64,000 bases of DNA from Chiloscyllium plagiosum. Its lineage: Eukaryota. Under the pieces are notes generated by a model, which saw nothing but the letters and a program-made list of their open reading frames with translations, had not been told where the DNA came from and made no database searches. The stretch's first letter is position 1; each line of letters begins with the position of its first letter. A program made the translations under genes and the position numbers. The stretch lies in assembly GCF_004010195.1 (NCBI RefSeq), contig NC_057718.1, forward strand, positions 6,300,857 to 6,364,856, written 5' to 3'. Below, piece by piece: positions 25,351 to 38,629 of this stretch.

Positions 25351-25504
25351 CTGTCCAAACTCCCATTGCAGCTTGCCCATGTGGCTGGACTGCCAATGGG
25401 ACACTTGTAGACCTCAGAAGTATCTTGGAGGATAAGAAAACAGGAGCGCCTCAGTTCAACATAGAGGCAAATTGAAATTCATCATATAATCCCCAAAGTT
25501 TAGA

Positions 25505-25813
25505 AGCAGGCCACTCAGCCCAACAAGGCCACACTGACTTTCCAAAGAGCATCCCACCCATACCCACACCCCTACCCAATCCCTGTAACCCTGCATTTCC
25601 CATGGTTAATCTACCTAGCCTGCCCATCCTTGGGATACTATGGGCAACTTAACATGGCCAACCCATTCAACCTGTACATCTTGGGAGGAAACCGGAGAAC
25701 CCAGAGGAAACCCATGCAGACACGGGACGAATGTGCAAACTCCACACAGTCACCAGAGGAATTGAACCCAGGTCCCTGGCGCTGTGAGGCAGCAGTGCTA
25801 ACCACTGAGCCAC
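25505..25813 (-). mobile_element. HE1-type V-SINE
   Basis: Head, core and tail. Confidence 0.9.
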
Positions 25814-26454
25814 GAATCTTTTGCCTCTGTCAAAAGTATAACATAAAATTATAACAAAGAATGTACTTTCCAACAGTTTTGAAGAAGAGTGATACCAGAC
25901 TGAAAACCTTAAATCTGTTTCTCTCTCCACAGGTGTTCCCGGACATGATGAGATTCTCCAGCATTCACTGTGTTTATCTCTTTCAAAGAGTTGGTATTAT
26001 TGGTCAGATGATTGATAACGTTCTTTGTGTGCTGTTGGATTCTGTGATTTTGTAACATGCATTGTGCAACTGCGCATAATCATTTCAGTCGAAAACTCCC
26101 AGCGGTTTTTTCCTTGGTAATCACGTCAGATCGATTCTACAAGTTAATGGAAAACAGGCAATTTGAAATGCCAATAGAATAGGCAATATTTGTAAAATGT
26201 TGGCTCATCCAGCAATTGTTATCAACTTCAGCGCAATGTGTCAATCCACAGAATGATTGATTAGCAATGTCTCGTTTGATAAACTCTTGAGGAAACACAG
26301 CTGCTGTTGCTGGCCTCAATAGCATGTAAATAAAAGCGCCTGGTGGAGATGATCAACTTCAAGCCAAATTCGCCAATTACAGCATAAAGGGATACATGAC
26401 CAGCCAATCAATTCCCCACTGTGTCATACAGGAAGTATTGCTCTCTGGGTGAAG

Positions 26455-26775
26455 ACATTTCTCCTCATCCCTAAGTGGACTACGCGTTATCTTAAACCCT
26501 GGTTGAGGACTCCCCAGTCATCAGGAACATTCTTCCTACATTTAACCTGTCTAATCCTGTTGGAATTTTATAGGTTTCTATGAGATTTCCCCCAATGAAC
26601 TCCAATGACTATAATCCTAACTGATCCAGTCTCTCTTCATGTTCAGTCCTGATATCCCAGGAATTAGTCTGGTAAATCTTAGTTGCTCTCCCTCCATTGC
26701 AAGAACAGGCCTCCTCAGATAAGGAGAGCAAAACTGCACACCTTACTCCAAGTGTGGCCTCACCAAGGCCCTGTG
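26455..26775 (-). mobile_element. CR1 fragment duplicated with 25050-25350
   Basis: EERLDQLGL motif; same truncation junction as the 25.3-kb copy. Confidence 0.75.
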
Positions 26776-28334
26776 TGAACACTGACAGTGCCTCTAACTG
26801 CACCTTGCCCATATGGCTGGACTGCTAATGAGACACTTGTCTTTTGTGTAATAGGCCTCAGAAATGTCGTGCGGTGGGAACAAAACAGGAGGGACCCAGT
26901 TCTGGGCAATCATCATCCATGATCATCACATGACCCAGATCCTCAGGCTAATACCAGGAACACCACAATGTTGTCAGACATATCTCAAGTGTTTGCTTCA
27001 TTAACACCAGCAGAACATTAGAGATGAATGCCTTCTTAATGGGACTCTCTGCCCGCAATCATTACTTCCAAATTTGAACCTTGTGGGCATCAATTTAAGG
27101 GAATTAATTTCAAGAAGCTACAATCCCAGCATTGGGTCCAACGAGCAACATGACATGGTAATGGGGTCAAAGGGGTCTTCATCTCACCTGGCATTGCCAT
27201 TCTCAAATGGGGTAACATCAATGACTGCAGGGTTTTAAGACACAAACGATCTGGCTGTCGTAATGCATTAATTGGAAACTGCTCGTATGCAGGCATGGCT
27301 ACCACCTAGGAAAGCTCATAGAATGTGGGCAGATACAGATTTTTATATCCAGGTTGGATAGGGACCTGAGGAGGTATGAAATTTATCAGAAAGGGGGGAG
27401 GATTTGGATCTTTGGGACCATAGCGACATATGAGGGTAGTCCCCAGAAATTACTGTGCAAGGACTGCTCTCTTTCATCCTCCGTTGTCCTGGAAATTGCA
27501 ACATTGCAACATGCAAGAGAATGGCCAGCCCCACAACGGGAGTGGGAGGGGTAAGTGTCTTCACCTGTGAGGAGGGAGGGGCCTGCAAAACCCAGCAATG
27601 TGAGGGCTTTCAAGGGACAACAACATGACACATAGACTCATTCACTTCATTGGATACACACCCGCAGACTCCCAATTCCTGGTGTCTCTCAGATATTTTC
27701 GAATCAACCCTGTTCAGATATTTTATGACATACCCCGGGAGCAGGTAAGACTTGAACGCAAGGCCTTCTGACCCAGAGGTAGTGACACTCCAACTGTGCC
27801 ACGACAGCCCTACCCTGGCATCACTGTGTGTTATACACCTCTCAGGCCATTGCTGATCATTCCATGCAAGAGTAACACCATGAACCACTGAGGCCAGTGA
27901 TGCCAGGTAATTGGCCGTGTACCTGAAGCAATGATGTGTTCTTTCCCTTTCTAACGGTGGTGACCATTGCCCACACAGGATGCAGCAGCTGCATCAGTCA
28001 GGCACAGCTCCGTGGAACATGCAAACTGAAGTCTGATTCCATTGTGGGAAGTTTATAGTGGGCACTACGCAGAACAACCAGATTTTGCAACACTGTGAAC
28101 ATGTATTGACAAACATCAGACTGTAACTGCAGTGCAATGTCACCTGAGCCACCAATGTGCTCTCAAGAAGATTCCTTTTGCCTTTCCCTCCAACCATACA
28201 GTCCCAGGTTCCAAAGTTAGAGCAGAGGAAGTCTGGTCTACACTGGAGCCCATTGGCCTTGGAGGTTTGGTAGGGCATCTCCAGAAGCATTTGTATCTAG
28301 GCCCTGACACCCTGAGTGTGTCCAACTTCCAGGT

Positions 28335-29060
28335 ATTATGAAGGGGTACTGTACCTTTAAGAGAGTTGAAAACTATCAAGACTGGAGAAGCACAGAGAGC
28401 CCAGAATAAAGTAATAATGTAACATTTGGCCAAAACAGTTAGAATAGCTGCATTGCCATGAGACAAAAACAAATTCAAATTTGGCCAATCAGTTTAAGTT
28501 ATGCCTGAAGGTACCAAACTCCAATCAAGTTTGAATTTAGCAGTTTGATAATGTTAAAACCAATGAAATGATCTGATGTTTTGAGATATAAAACTGAACA
28601 TTTTTGAACAGCTGAAGGAGAACTGCCAAAAGACCAACAGATGTAGGCTGCTACTTTCAGAGCTCTCTGAGAGGTACTTGTCTGGAGAAGGAGTTTGCCA
28701 CAGCACAACATCAAAACCAACCTGGCGAGAGAATCTCCAGAGGAAAATCTACAGAGGAACCTCAGCAAAGCTGACTGGTTTTGAAATATGATTATTTTTT
28801 TCCTCAATCTTCACTGGGATTTTTTTAACAGACTAGAATAGTAGAGTGACAGGTAAAAGTTAGATTTAAGACAAAGAAATTATAAATAGTTGTTAGTCAA
28901 TATTCTCTGTTAGACTTAAAGAATAAAGTTGTTAATTTTTGCTTTAAATAGTGACTTTTGGAATAATTTTTTGCCTCTCAAATGTTAACAGATTACTGCA
29001 TGGGTGAATCTTTTCTGTGTTGTTGGCTTAAATTAGCAGAGGGGTTTACCCAGTGTGACC
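28335..29060 (+). mobile_element. possible solo LTR
   Basis: About 720 bp with CCAAT boxes, tataaaa at about 28587 and aataaa at about 28922; ends ...agtgtgacca; no internal ORFs. Confidence 0.45.
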
Positions 29061-30287
29061 ACGAGGCGAGTGGCCCCTCATCAATGTGAATGCCCACAGG
29101 CGTGAGGGTGGTAGGTGGAGTGGAAACCAAAGGTCTCGCTGACTATGGAGTATCCCTGGAGGGCCAGGTTCTTGCCTGTCATGCCCTAGGAAAGATTGAG
29201 GATCATGCAGGGCAGCCTCAGGGAATGCCAGTCCTCATCTGGGTGTAGAACAGCCCCGTCAAGGTAGCATGGGCACTAGGGATGCCAGGATATTCCCAGT
29301 GGGCGGCAAGTTCTTCTGGCTCCATGGCGATGGTAGGATCGAGCTATCATGGACAGAAGGGGCCCCATAGGTGTGCGGTAAGGGGTGAATGTTGTGAATT
29401 TGGGGCTGTACAGTGAGAAATTACACCAATCTCCGCAGAGAGAAATTCTCTGTGAAGCTCAATGAAATTGGCAGTTCACCAAGATCCAGCCTTTATGGTT
29501 TCCCAGTGCAATGAGCTGTAAATGTCAAAGTGTTACAGACAGGCACATTCCAAGCTCCAGGGCGACTCACTGAGGGATGCCCTATATCTTTGTACAGTTG
29601 CTACAAAGATTGAATGAGGTGAGCACAGAACTTCAAGAACTGCAGCCACAGTATATTGCTGTATTGAAACACAAATAAAATCCCTTGGGCTTTGTGCAGG
29701 AGAGAGTGTCTGACATAAATTATAAATGTCGGTTGTAAATATAATCTGTAATAGCATGTGTAGTAAGGCACCTCATGTACTGAATTGAAAACAACTGATC
29801 TGATTTACACTTTATGTAATGGCAGGTTTATGTACATTATGAACATTTATGTACCTTTATGTAATAAAGAACATAACAGTACCCATTATGTAGAGTAACT
29901 CTATAAATTCTTGTTGAATATTTTGTTGGAAGAAATCTAAAACTGCTCACAAGAAATAAATGTGTTGGGGAAACAAAACATCCCTTTCACCACATAGACC
30001 GGTAATCCTTCAGGAATGTTGTAGCTGTTTTCAATAGAAGGAAGGATGATGCTGACATAAATGCAACTATAAATGCACAGTGACAATTTCTCACATGTGC
30101 TTGTATTTTACTTTGTTGTCCAGTTTATCTGGCATTGAATTATTAGCAGACCTCAAGACCAAAAGAGCAAACATACTTTGAAATCCCAGATTATTATTCT
30201 GGGGCACTAATGTAACAAAATGGTTCACAGAATCAGAGCATTGATGCAGCACAAAAGGAGGCCATTCTGTCCATTGTACCTGTTCTG

Positions 30288-31360
30288 AACATAGAACATA
30301 GATCATTACAGTGCAGTACAGGCCCTTCAGCCCTCGATGATCCGAGGAAAAAGACTCTCACTGTCCACCCTATCTAACCTTCTGATTATCTTATACGTCT
30401 CGATTAAATTACCTCTCGACCTTCTTCTCTCTACTGAAAACAGCCTCAGTTCCCTCAGCCTTTCCTCATAAGACCTTCCTTCCACACCAAGCAACATCCT
30501 AATAAATCTCCTCTGAACCCTTTCCAAAGCTTCCATATCCTTCCTATAATGCGGTGACCAGAACTGTATGCAATACTCCAGGTACGACTTTACCAGTGTC
30601 TTGTACAGCTGAAGCATGAATTTGTGGCTCCAAAACTCAGTTCCCCAACCAATAAACACCAACACACCATATGCCTTCTTTACAAACCTATCAACCTGGG
30701 TGGCAACTTTCAGGGATTTATGCACCTGGACACCGAGATCTCTCTGTTCATCCACACTGCCAAGAATTTTACCATTAACCCTGCATTCCTGTAACTTTTT
30801 CCAAAGTGAACTATCGCACACTTTTCCTCATTAAACTCCATTTGCCACATCTCAGCCCAGCTCTGCATCTTATCTATACCCCTCTGTAACCCATAACATC
30901 CTTCAGCACTATCCTCAACTCTGCCCACCTTAATGTCATCTGCAAGTTTACTAACCCATCCTTCTACGCCCACCCCCAGATCATTTATAAAAATGACAAA
31001 CAGCAGTGGCCCCAAAACAGATCCTTGTAGCACACCACTGCTAACTGAGCTTCAGGATGAATGTTTCCCAACAGCCACCACCCTCTGTCTTCTTTCAGCT
31101 AGCCAATTTCTGATCCAAGTTGCTAAATCACTTTCAATTCCGAAACTCCATATTTTGTGTAATAGTCTACCATGTGGAACCTTATCAAACATCTTACTGA
31201 AGTCCATATACACCACATCAACTGCTTTACCTTCATCCACCTGTTTTATCACCTTCCCAAAGAACTCAGTAAGTTTAGTGAGGCATGATTTACCCTTCAC
31301 AAAACCGTATTGACTATCCCTAATCAAATTATTCCTTTCCAGATTATTATAAATCCTATT
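30288..31360 (-). mobile_element. CR1/HER1 LINE (RT to 3' end)
   Basis: ORFs 31052-31384, 30710-31033 and 30327-30821: QYGFVKGKSCLTKL, QGSVLGPLLF, LADD, ALERVQRRF. Confidence 0.93.
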
Positions 31361-31399
31361 TCTGGTTCTACTACCAAGCACCAATCTCCTGCCCTTTGC

Positions 31400-31800
31400 C
31401 CAAATCCATTTCTATTCAATTAACAATCCAATACCCTCTTGAATGCCTGATTTGAACATCCTTCTGCCATGTTCCCAGACAGTGATTTCCATACTTTAAC
31501 TAGTCACTGTATGAAAGGATTTTTCCACATCACTCTTATCTTCTTGTTTCTTATATGAGTAGACACAGCTTCACCTTATCTACTCTGTCCAGCCTGCTCA
31601 TGATTTTGAACCTCTCTAACCAATCTCCTCTCAACCTTCTCCTCCCGAGGGAAAACAGTCCCAACTTCTTCAGTCTATCCTCAGAACTGAAGTTCTGGAA
31701 CCATTCTTGCAAATCTCTCCACATTCTGTCCAATGCATTCACATCCTTCCTGTAGCATGGTGCCCAGAACTGTACAAATATGCCTGCTGAGGTCTAACAA
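31400..31800 (-). mobile_element. older CR1 3' fragment
   Basis: EDRLKKLGLFSLGRRRLRGD. Confidence 0.8.
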
Positions 31801-32807
31801 GTCTTCAGATGCATTAGTGAAAACAACAAATGCTGGAGGTCACAGCGGGTCAGGCAGCATCCATGGAGTGAGAGCGAGTTAACGTTTCAAGTCTCAATGA
31901 CTCTTCAATGGAGCTTGTTTTTTTCGGTACAGATTCCAGCATCTGTGGTATTTTGCTCCTATACCAGCTACATTATTATCGCTTTAGATTCTGAAAATTA
32001 ACCTGAGTTTAGCAATCATTTTCTTTGACTTTAATAAATCACAACTTGTTATCTTATCCTGCTACTTATTTCCTCTTAAGCTCACTTCTTTTTGCACTTT
32101 TTTTCCTGTCCCTCTTTTTGCCCGTTAAAAGAGTACAGGAGCAGTAGGAGTTCATCACCATTCAATGAGATGAAGGGCAGAAAGTTTGCTTCAATATGGG
32201 GCAAGATCTGAGGTGGGTGCATGGGTAGTTTTGTCTTGGAGGATGGAATTCTCCTGATCTTGTTTAAATAATTCAAAGACCAATTAAGGCAAAATATCAG
32301 AGGATTCCTGAGATGTTCCCATCAGCTTGTGTTACCCACACCTGTACTGGCAACATGGTGTCTACCTGGAGGTGACTTTCTGGTTGTAGATCAGGGACCA
32401 ACAGCCTGGAAAGCATCTACAGACCATGCTGTTCCTTATCTGGGCATAACTCTGGTCAAACATCACCCTGTACATGACTGTTCCTCCACAATGGTGGTCC
32501 AACAGGTTGGATAATCTTTTCTTTTCAAATTTGTTAAAGTTGCTGAGCGGGCCACTAAGTTCGTGCCCTTCTCTCTCCGCCTTCACAGCAACAGTAGGTT
32601 ACAGCTAATTCTTTGCTTCTCTACTGATGGTCCAGTGTTCACATCTTGCCCACTAGACGGAAGCCTCTCGCCACTAATTGGCCAATTAAGGGAAGATCAG
32701 TGCTCAGCGCTACTGTCAAGTCAAGACCCCCATTTGACCTTGACGTTGGAGTCCTGACCTAAAAACTGAAACCGTCCCTGATGGTTCCGCTCTATTAATG
32801 AACTTGC

Positions 32808-33002
32808 CTTTGCCCCAGAGCCACCAATCGGTCTGAAAAGCTCCAATAACCAGCATTCGGATGACATGTTTAAGCAGAAAACTAATATGAGGAGATCTTA
32901 GGTATAGGGACCAAAGTTTTAGCCAAAGGAGTAATACCGAAAGAATTTGAAATATGTCGGATACAAGTTTAATTTCCTGCTCCATGGACAGACGGCCATT
33001 AT
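32808..33002 (-). CDS. candidate 195-nt exon with a GC donor, hydrophobic peptide (DNGRLSMEQEIKLVSDIFQILSVLLLWLKLWSLYLRSPHISFLLKHVIRMLVIGAFQTDWWLWGK)
   Basis: Acceptor ctttttgtttattcag; donor AAG|gcaagt; symmetric phase 1-1; only one open frame; locally CpG-enriched; no homology recognised. Confidence 0.35.
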
Positions 33003-34049
33003 CTGAATAAACAAAAAGTTATTTTGGAATATTCTTTCTGCACCTACTAGAAGATTCAATCCTGAATTTGGACATGTAGCTCAGAGATAGCTGTGGAAAG
33101 AATGTATATATATATAAAACACAGTAGTCTTGGTCATAAGTTAACTGATAATGGATTCCACTGAGTTCTTTGATGTTACAATACCAGACTGCAGAAAGTA
33201 GATCAAAGAAGCTCATTTGGTGAGCAGATTGTTGAGATAGCAATGAAAAATGCGGCACAACATAAATTACAAACAGTGCTGACATTAAAAAAAAATTAGG
33301 AAGCAATAATATTTTGCTAATATCTGAATCAAAATGACAATGATTAAGTCATGGGGGATGGAAGGATTTTTCATTGCTGTCATCACACAGCATCTGCCCA
33401 TTAGGTGGTGAATCACGAAGTAAAGTTCTTTCGATGCACGTTGACAAATGTGGCTGAGAATCACATTTACAAAAGCTACCCTCACTACATCTGTGCGATA
33501 TCTTCATTTCCTCAATATACTGTTCAAATAGCGTTTCCAAATGAGATTGGCAATTAGTGGTAAGGAATTGGTTTGAGTCTGGCCAAACTCAGTTCATGCA
33601 AACCCTAACTCTTGCAGTCAGCAGAAAGAGAATTATTTCATCTCATTGGTTTGGACTGAATTCAAGTGACGTAGTAAGAGTTTGTATCAACTACACCATC
33701 TAGCGCTCAAGCATTATCTATATATCTCCTCCTGTCTAACCTCATTCAAATTGGAGCACCCCATCTTGCCTGTCAAGCAGTGGACTGATGGAGCTCCAAA
33801 GATGATAGTTTTTTGATTTTGGGACTAGATCGATTGGATCAGTAGGAATTGTGAGCCAGATTTTGGAAATATCTTCCAATTGGAACATTTCACTTTTACA
33901 CATCATTCTACCTCAGCCAATGAGACAAGAGTAAGAAGATAAGAATCTGAATCTCCTGGTCTCCAAAACTGATCCACCATTTAAAATAGATATGGAATAG
34001 TTTTCTGGATGATGCAGTTCCAACAACACTCCTCCGTACATGCTACTTG

Positions 34050-34705
34050 GTTTGAGTTATAAGGAGAGGTCGGATAGGTTGGAACATGTTTACCTGGAGT
34101 GTAGGAGACTAAGGGGTGACTTTATAGAAGGATCAAAAAATCATGAGAGGCATGTTCGTGGTATAGGAATCGAAAACTAGAGGGCACAGGTTTAAGGTGA
34201 AAGGGGAGACATACAAAAGGGTACAGCGGGCAATTTGTTTTCACAGACGGCAGTGAATGTCTGGAACAGGCCACCTGCGAGTACAAGGAGAAAACCAGGA
34301 TGGCAGATGTTGGAGATCAGAGTCGAAGAGTGTGGTACTGAAAAGCACAGCCGGTCAGGCAGCATCCGAGGAGCAGGAGAATCGACGTTTCAGGCATAAG
34401 CTCTTCATCAGGAAGCTTATCATCAGGCTCTTGATCAGGAAGAGCTTACGTTTGAAACGTTGACTCTCCTCTCCACCGATACCACCTGACCAATTGTGCT
34501 TTTCCAGCACCACACTTTTGAACTGCCTGCGAGTACAATTTTGTTATTTAAGAAACATTTAGACAGGTACATGATGGGATAAGTATGGAGGGATATAGAC
34601 CAAATGCAGGTAAATGGGACTGGTTCAATTGTAAAAATTGGGTGGCATGGACAAGTTGGGCTGAAAGGCCTGTTTCCATGCTGTAGACCTCTATGACTCT
34701 ATGAC
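34050..34705 (+). mobile_element. CR1 3' fragment interrupted by a Penelope family-A fold-back element (34287-34525)
   Basis: CR1 C-terminus and tail; insert flanked by TSD cctgcgagtacaa (34274-86 / 34526-38). Confidence 0.85.
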
Positions 34706-35945
34706 AAATACTCAAGAAATCTAACAGCACCTAGGACAAAGCTCCATTTCCTTAGCACAGTCCACCAATTTAAGCATTCAGTTATTCTAATGCTGATACA
34801 CATTGACTGCACTGTGTGCTACACATAAGGTGCATTGCAGTGACTGGGAGTGGTGGTGTAGCGATAATGTAACCAGAATTCCAAGTTAATATTCTGAGGA
34901 CATTGGTTTAAAACCAAGCATGGCAGATGGTGAAACTTGAATTCAATATGAATAAGTCTGGGATTTTAAAGAAAAAGCTAGTAACCATGTAACACTGCTG
35001 GCTGTTATACCTGCCATTTAAGGAAGAAAATCTGCCATCTTTACTTTGTCTGGCCCACATGTGACTCCAGACCTACAATGATGTGGTTGGTCCTTACAAA
35101 TAGGTGACAAATGCTCAGAAAGGCCAGTGAGACCCACATACCATGAATGAGTAACACTCTTCAACCTTCTTCACCAATACCTTCCAAACCCAGATCCATT
35201 CACGCTAAGGACGGGAGCAGAATAAGGCCAATTGAGTCGACTCCGCTATTCAATTATGGATGATACGGCAGTAGTTACATGGGAATATGACCTTCAAATT
35301 CCATTCCAAGCCACTCACCATCCTGGCTTAGAAAGATATCACCACTGGTTCAAATTCCAGTAACGTACTCCCTAACATCGCTATGGGTCTACTTACACAA
35401 CAAGGACTGCAGTGGGTCGTGAAGGTAGTTCACCAATACCTTCCCAAGCACAAGAGCGGACGAGTAACAAAGGCTCATCTTCCCAGGAATTCCTACCTTT
35501 CATAGAAAAGCGAAATCAACTCCACAAATTCGTCAGTTTGAAATGTGCCACACTTCAACTTAGTTGCTACTTCGATGAAAATATTTTCTAACGCCTTCTA
35601 ACTTTGCCAAATAACCATGAAGCAATCCAAGGAGTCATTAAAAAAATTGCAATCTATTTTAAGTAGTGCAAAAATCCAAAGGAATCCTTGAAAGAATTGT
35701 CAAAAAGCCAAGAGAAGTATAAATTAAACGTTTTGCAGTATGCAGCCTGTTCCTCTCGTCTTTAAACAGTACGGTCTGACCAGCAGGTTGTATTGAAGAT
35801 ACAATCAGTTGGGAGGTTAGCACAGGAGATGTCAAACTGTGACAACAGCTGCAGCAATTCATTTTAATAAGTTGTTGTCTGTATTACAACCAGAAAGTCT
35901 CAGCTGGAGAAGTTTTCAATGTATAAGCAGGTAATTGAGCAAGAT

Positions 35946-36445
35946 NNNNNNNNNNNNNNNNNNNNNNNNNNNNNNNNNNNNNNNNNNNNNNNNNNNNNNN
36001 NNNNNNNNNNNNNNNNNNNNNNNNNNNNNNNNNNNNNNNNNNNNNNNNNNNNNNNNNNNNNNNNNNNNNNNNNNNNNNNNNNNNNNNNNNNNNNNNNNNN
36101 NNNNNNNNNNNNNNNNNNNNNNNNNNNNNNNNNNNNNNNNNNNNNNNNNNNNNNNNNNNNNNNNNNNNNNNNNNNNNNNNNNNNNNNNNNNNNNNNNNNN
36201 NNNNNNNNNNNNNNNNNNNNNNNNNNNNNNNNNNNNNNNNNNNNNNNNNNNNNNNNNNNNNNNNNNNNNNNNNNNNNNNNNNNNNNNNNNNNNNNNNNNN
36301 NNNNNNNNNNNNNNNNNNNNNNNNNNNNNNNNNNNNNNNNNNNNNNNNNNNNNNNNNNNNNNNNNNNNNNNNNNNNNNNNNNNNNNNNNNNNNNNNNNNN
36401 NNNNNNNNNNNNNNNNNNNNNNNNNNNNNNNNNNNNNNNNNNNNN
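35946..36445. other. assembly gap (500 N)
   Basis: N run. Confidence 1.
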
Positions 36446-36652
36446 CCCAAGACTGACTTCATTTGGCAACCCCAACTGAGCCCATTCCAGTCCCTGGACT
36501 GATGTCCCTGCAGCTCCGCATCTGACTTACATATGATCCCTGAATGGATTGAACTTGACCTGCAAGACTGACCATGTCCTCATCTCTGGACTGCAAGGAC
36601 ATGGATCCCCAGGTCCTGTTCATGTTGAGCACCTGACTGACCATAGACAACT

Positions 36653-36756
36653 GGGAGGAGAAAGTGAGGTCTGCAGATGCTGGAGATCAAAGTTGAAACT
36701 TTATTGCTGGAACAGCACAGCAGGTCAGGCAGCATCTGGGCATGTGCCCGAAACGC
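36653..36756 (-). mobile_element. 104-bp Penelope family-A mini-element
   Basis: Family-A terminus plus an inverted gggcatgtgcccgaaacg remnant; perfect 16-bp TSD ctgaccatagacaact (36637-52 / 36757-72). Confidence 0.85.
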
Positions 36757-37719
36757 CTGACCATAGACAACTCCCTGGACTGGGATTGGATGGTGTCCCT
36801 GACTGAGACTTGCAGCAGCACCTGCCTGACTGCAGTTCCCCTTCCCTCTACAAGGGTCTATTCACTTTCAGACACAGTTAAAGCACAGACCTTGGGTTGC
36901 GGAATCTGCTGAGACAGGCTAGAGTTCAGAGATTGAGGAAATGCATCAACCCCTTGACTGTCCAGAGTTGGAAACAAGAACAAGCTGCTTCCCTTTCTGT
37001 CTGTGTGAAGAGCAGGTAAACCAGAAAGACTCTGAATCTATAAGTTTTCTTTTTCTTTATATTCATGCATGGGATGAGTGTTTCTTGTTTTGTCCTTCGT
37101 TTACCAATCCCTATGTGCCCCGAGGGCAATGAAAAGTCAACCACATTGCTCTGAGTCTCGAGTCAAATGTAGGCAAGATCAAGTAAGGGTAGCTGTGTTC
37201 TTCCCTGAAGGACAAGAGGAAACAAGGTGGGTTTTTTTTCCCAACAATCTGCAATGGTTTCAAGGTCCTGATCAGACTCTTAATGCCAGATTTTATTTTT
37301 TAAAATTGAATTCAAATTTCACCTTCTTCGACAGCAGAATTTAAACCCAGGGCCCCAGAAAATGAGCTAGGTCTCTCGAGTATTAGTTTTGCAGTGCTAA
37401 GACCATGAGGTCATCACATTCAAGTGAGCACCCTGTCAGTGAGTGCTAACTAAACACACACTGTACAGGTTCATAAGATAGATGTGTGTGTCCCTCTGCA
37501 CAAAATGACAGGGCAGAAGCATTACATTTTCCATAAACTCCAAAGGCCAATTGTGAAATGCTGAAGTACATTATAAATTAGTCTCAGATCGGGTATGATG
37601 ATGTGAGAGGCTGGTGATTTCCCAAGGCTGAATAAAAGTGGAGGCTGCCCATAGACTGTGCCAAAAGATATTGGCAGATGGAACCTTACATCCACTTGGG
37701 AGTATCTCACCTGAAATGC

Positions 37720-38430
37720 ATTGAGACTATCGCATTTAGGAACACCACCACCTGCACCTTCCCACCGAGCCACACATCCTCCTCAAGCTACATCTATCGT
37801 TGGGTCAAAATCCAGGAACTCCCTTCCAAGCAGCATGTGGATGTTTCTAAACTCCAGGGATTATACAGCTCAGGAAGTCACGTAACCACCACCTCCCCAA
37901 GGGGAACTAGCAATAGGCAATAGATGCTGTCCAGCCAGCGATGCCGATATCCCATGAATGACTGAAATTATTCCAAAAGGCACACTTTTTTTCTTCATTT
38001 TGGGATATGGGCATCACTGGCTGGGTCAGCATTTATTGCCCGACCCTAATTGCCCCTTGAGAAGGTGGGGGTGTACTGCCTTCTTGAATTACTGCAGGTT
38101 GACCCACATTGTCCTTCGCGAGGGAATTTCAGGATTTTGACCCAGCGACAGTGAATATATTACTAAGTCAGAATAGTGAGTGAATAGGAGGGGAACTTGC
38201 AGGGATGGCATTCCCATGTATCTGTCGTCTTTGTCATTCTGGATGGAAGTGGTCGTGGGTTTGGAAGGTCTGTCCCATGATCTTTGGTGAATTTCTGCAA
38301 TTCATCTTGTAGATAATACATACTGCTGCTACTGAGCGTCGGTGATGGAGAGAATGGATGTTTGTGGAGGTGAGAATGCCGGCTGTTTTGTGAACACACA
38401 AATGGCACAAAGAATATTGCAGTGGAGTAT
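37720..38430. mobile_element. two opposed 3' fragments of an older LINE family (CR1/L2 group)
   Basis: Tail gccagcgatgccgatatcccatgaatga (+) facing gggcatcactggctgggtcagcatttattgcc (-); NIHSLHHRRSVAAVCIIYKM motif. Confidence 0.7.
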
Positions 38431-38557
38431 GCACTCCATATACACTGAGGTAATTCTCCCTTTCGAATAGAATCACAGAGTTCCTATGGCACAACTGGAG
38501 ACCATTTGTTTCCCCAGCTCTTCAAATGAGCATTGTTACCCAGTATCAATCTCCTAC

Positions 38558-38629
38558 CTTGTACACTGTTTCTATCCAAATAATAGACAGAAAGGAGTCT
38601 GCCGCCTTTATGCAGCTGGCAAGTCTCTC
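38558..38629 (-). CDS. candidate 72-nt exon
   Basis: Acceptor ctcattccatgttag, donor AAG|gtagga; open in two frames (ETCQLHKGGRLLSVYYLDRNSVQ or ERLASCIKAADSFLSIIWIETVYK). Confidence 0.25.

Noticed and set aside
35884..36479. 170-190 aa ORFs in the track
   Set aside because: They consist almost entirely of X residues from the 500-N gap
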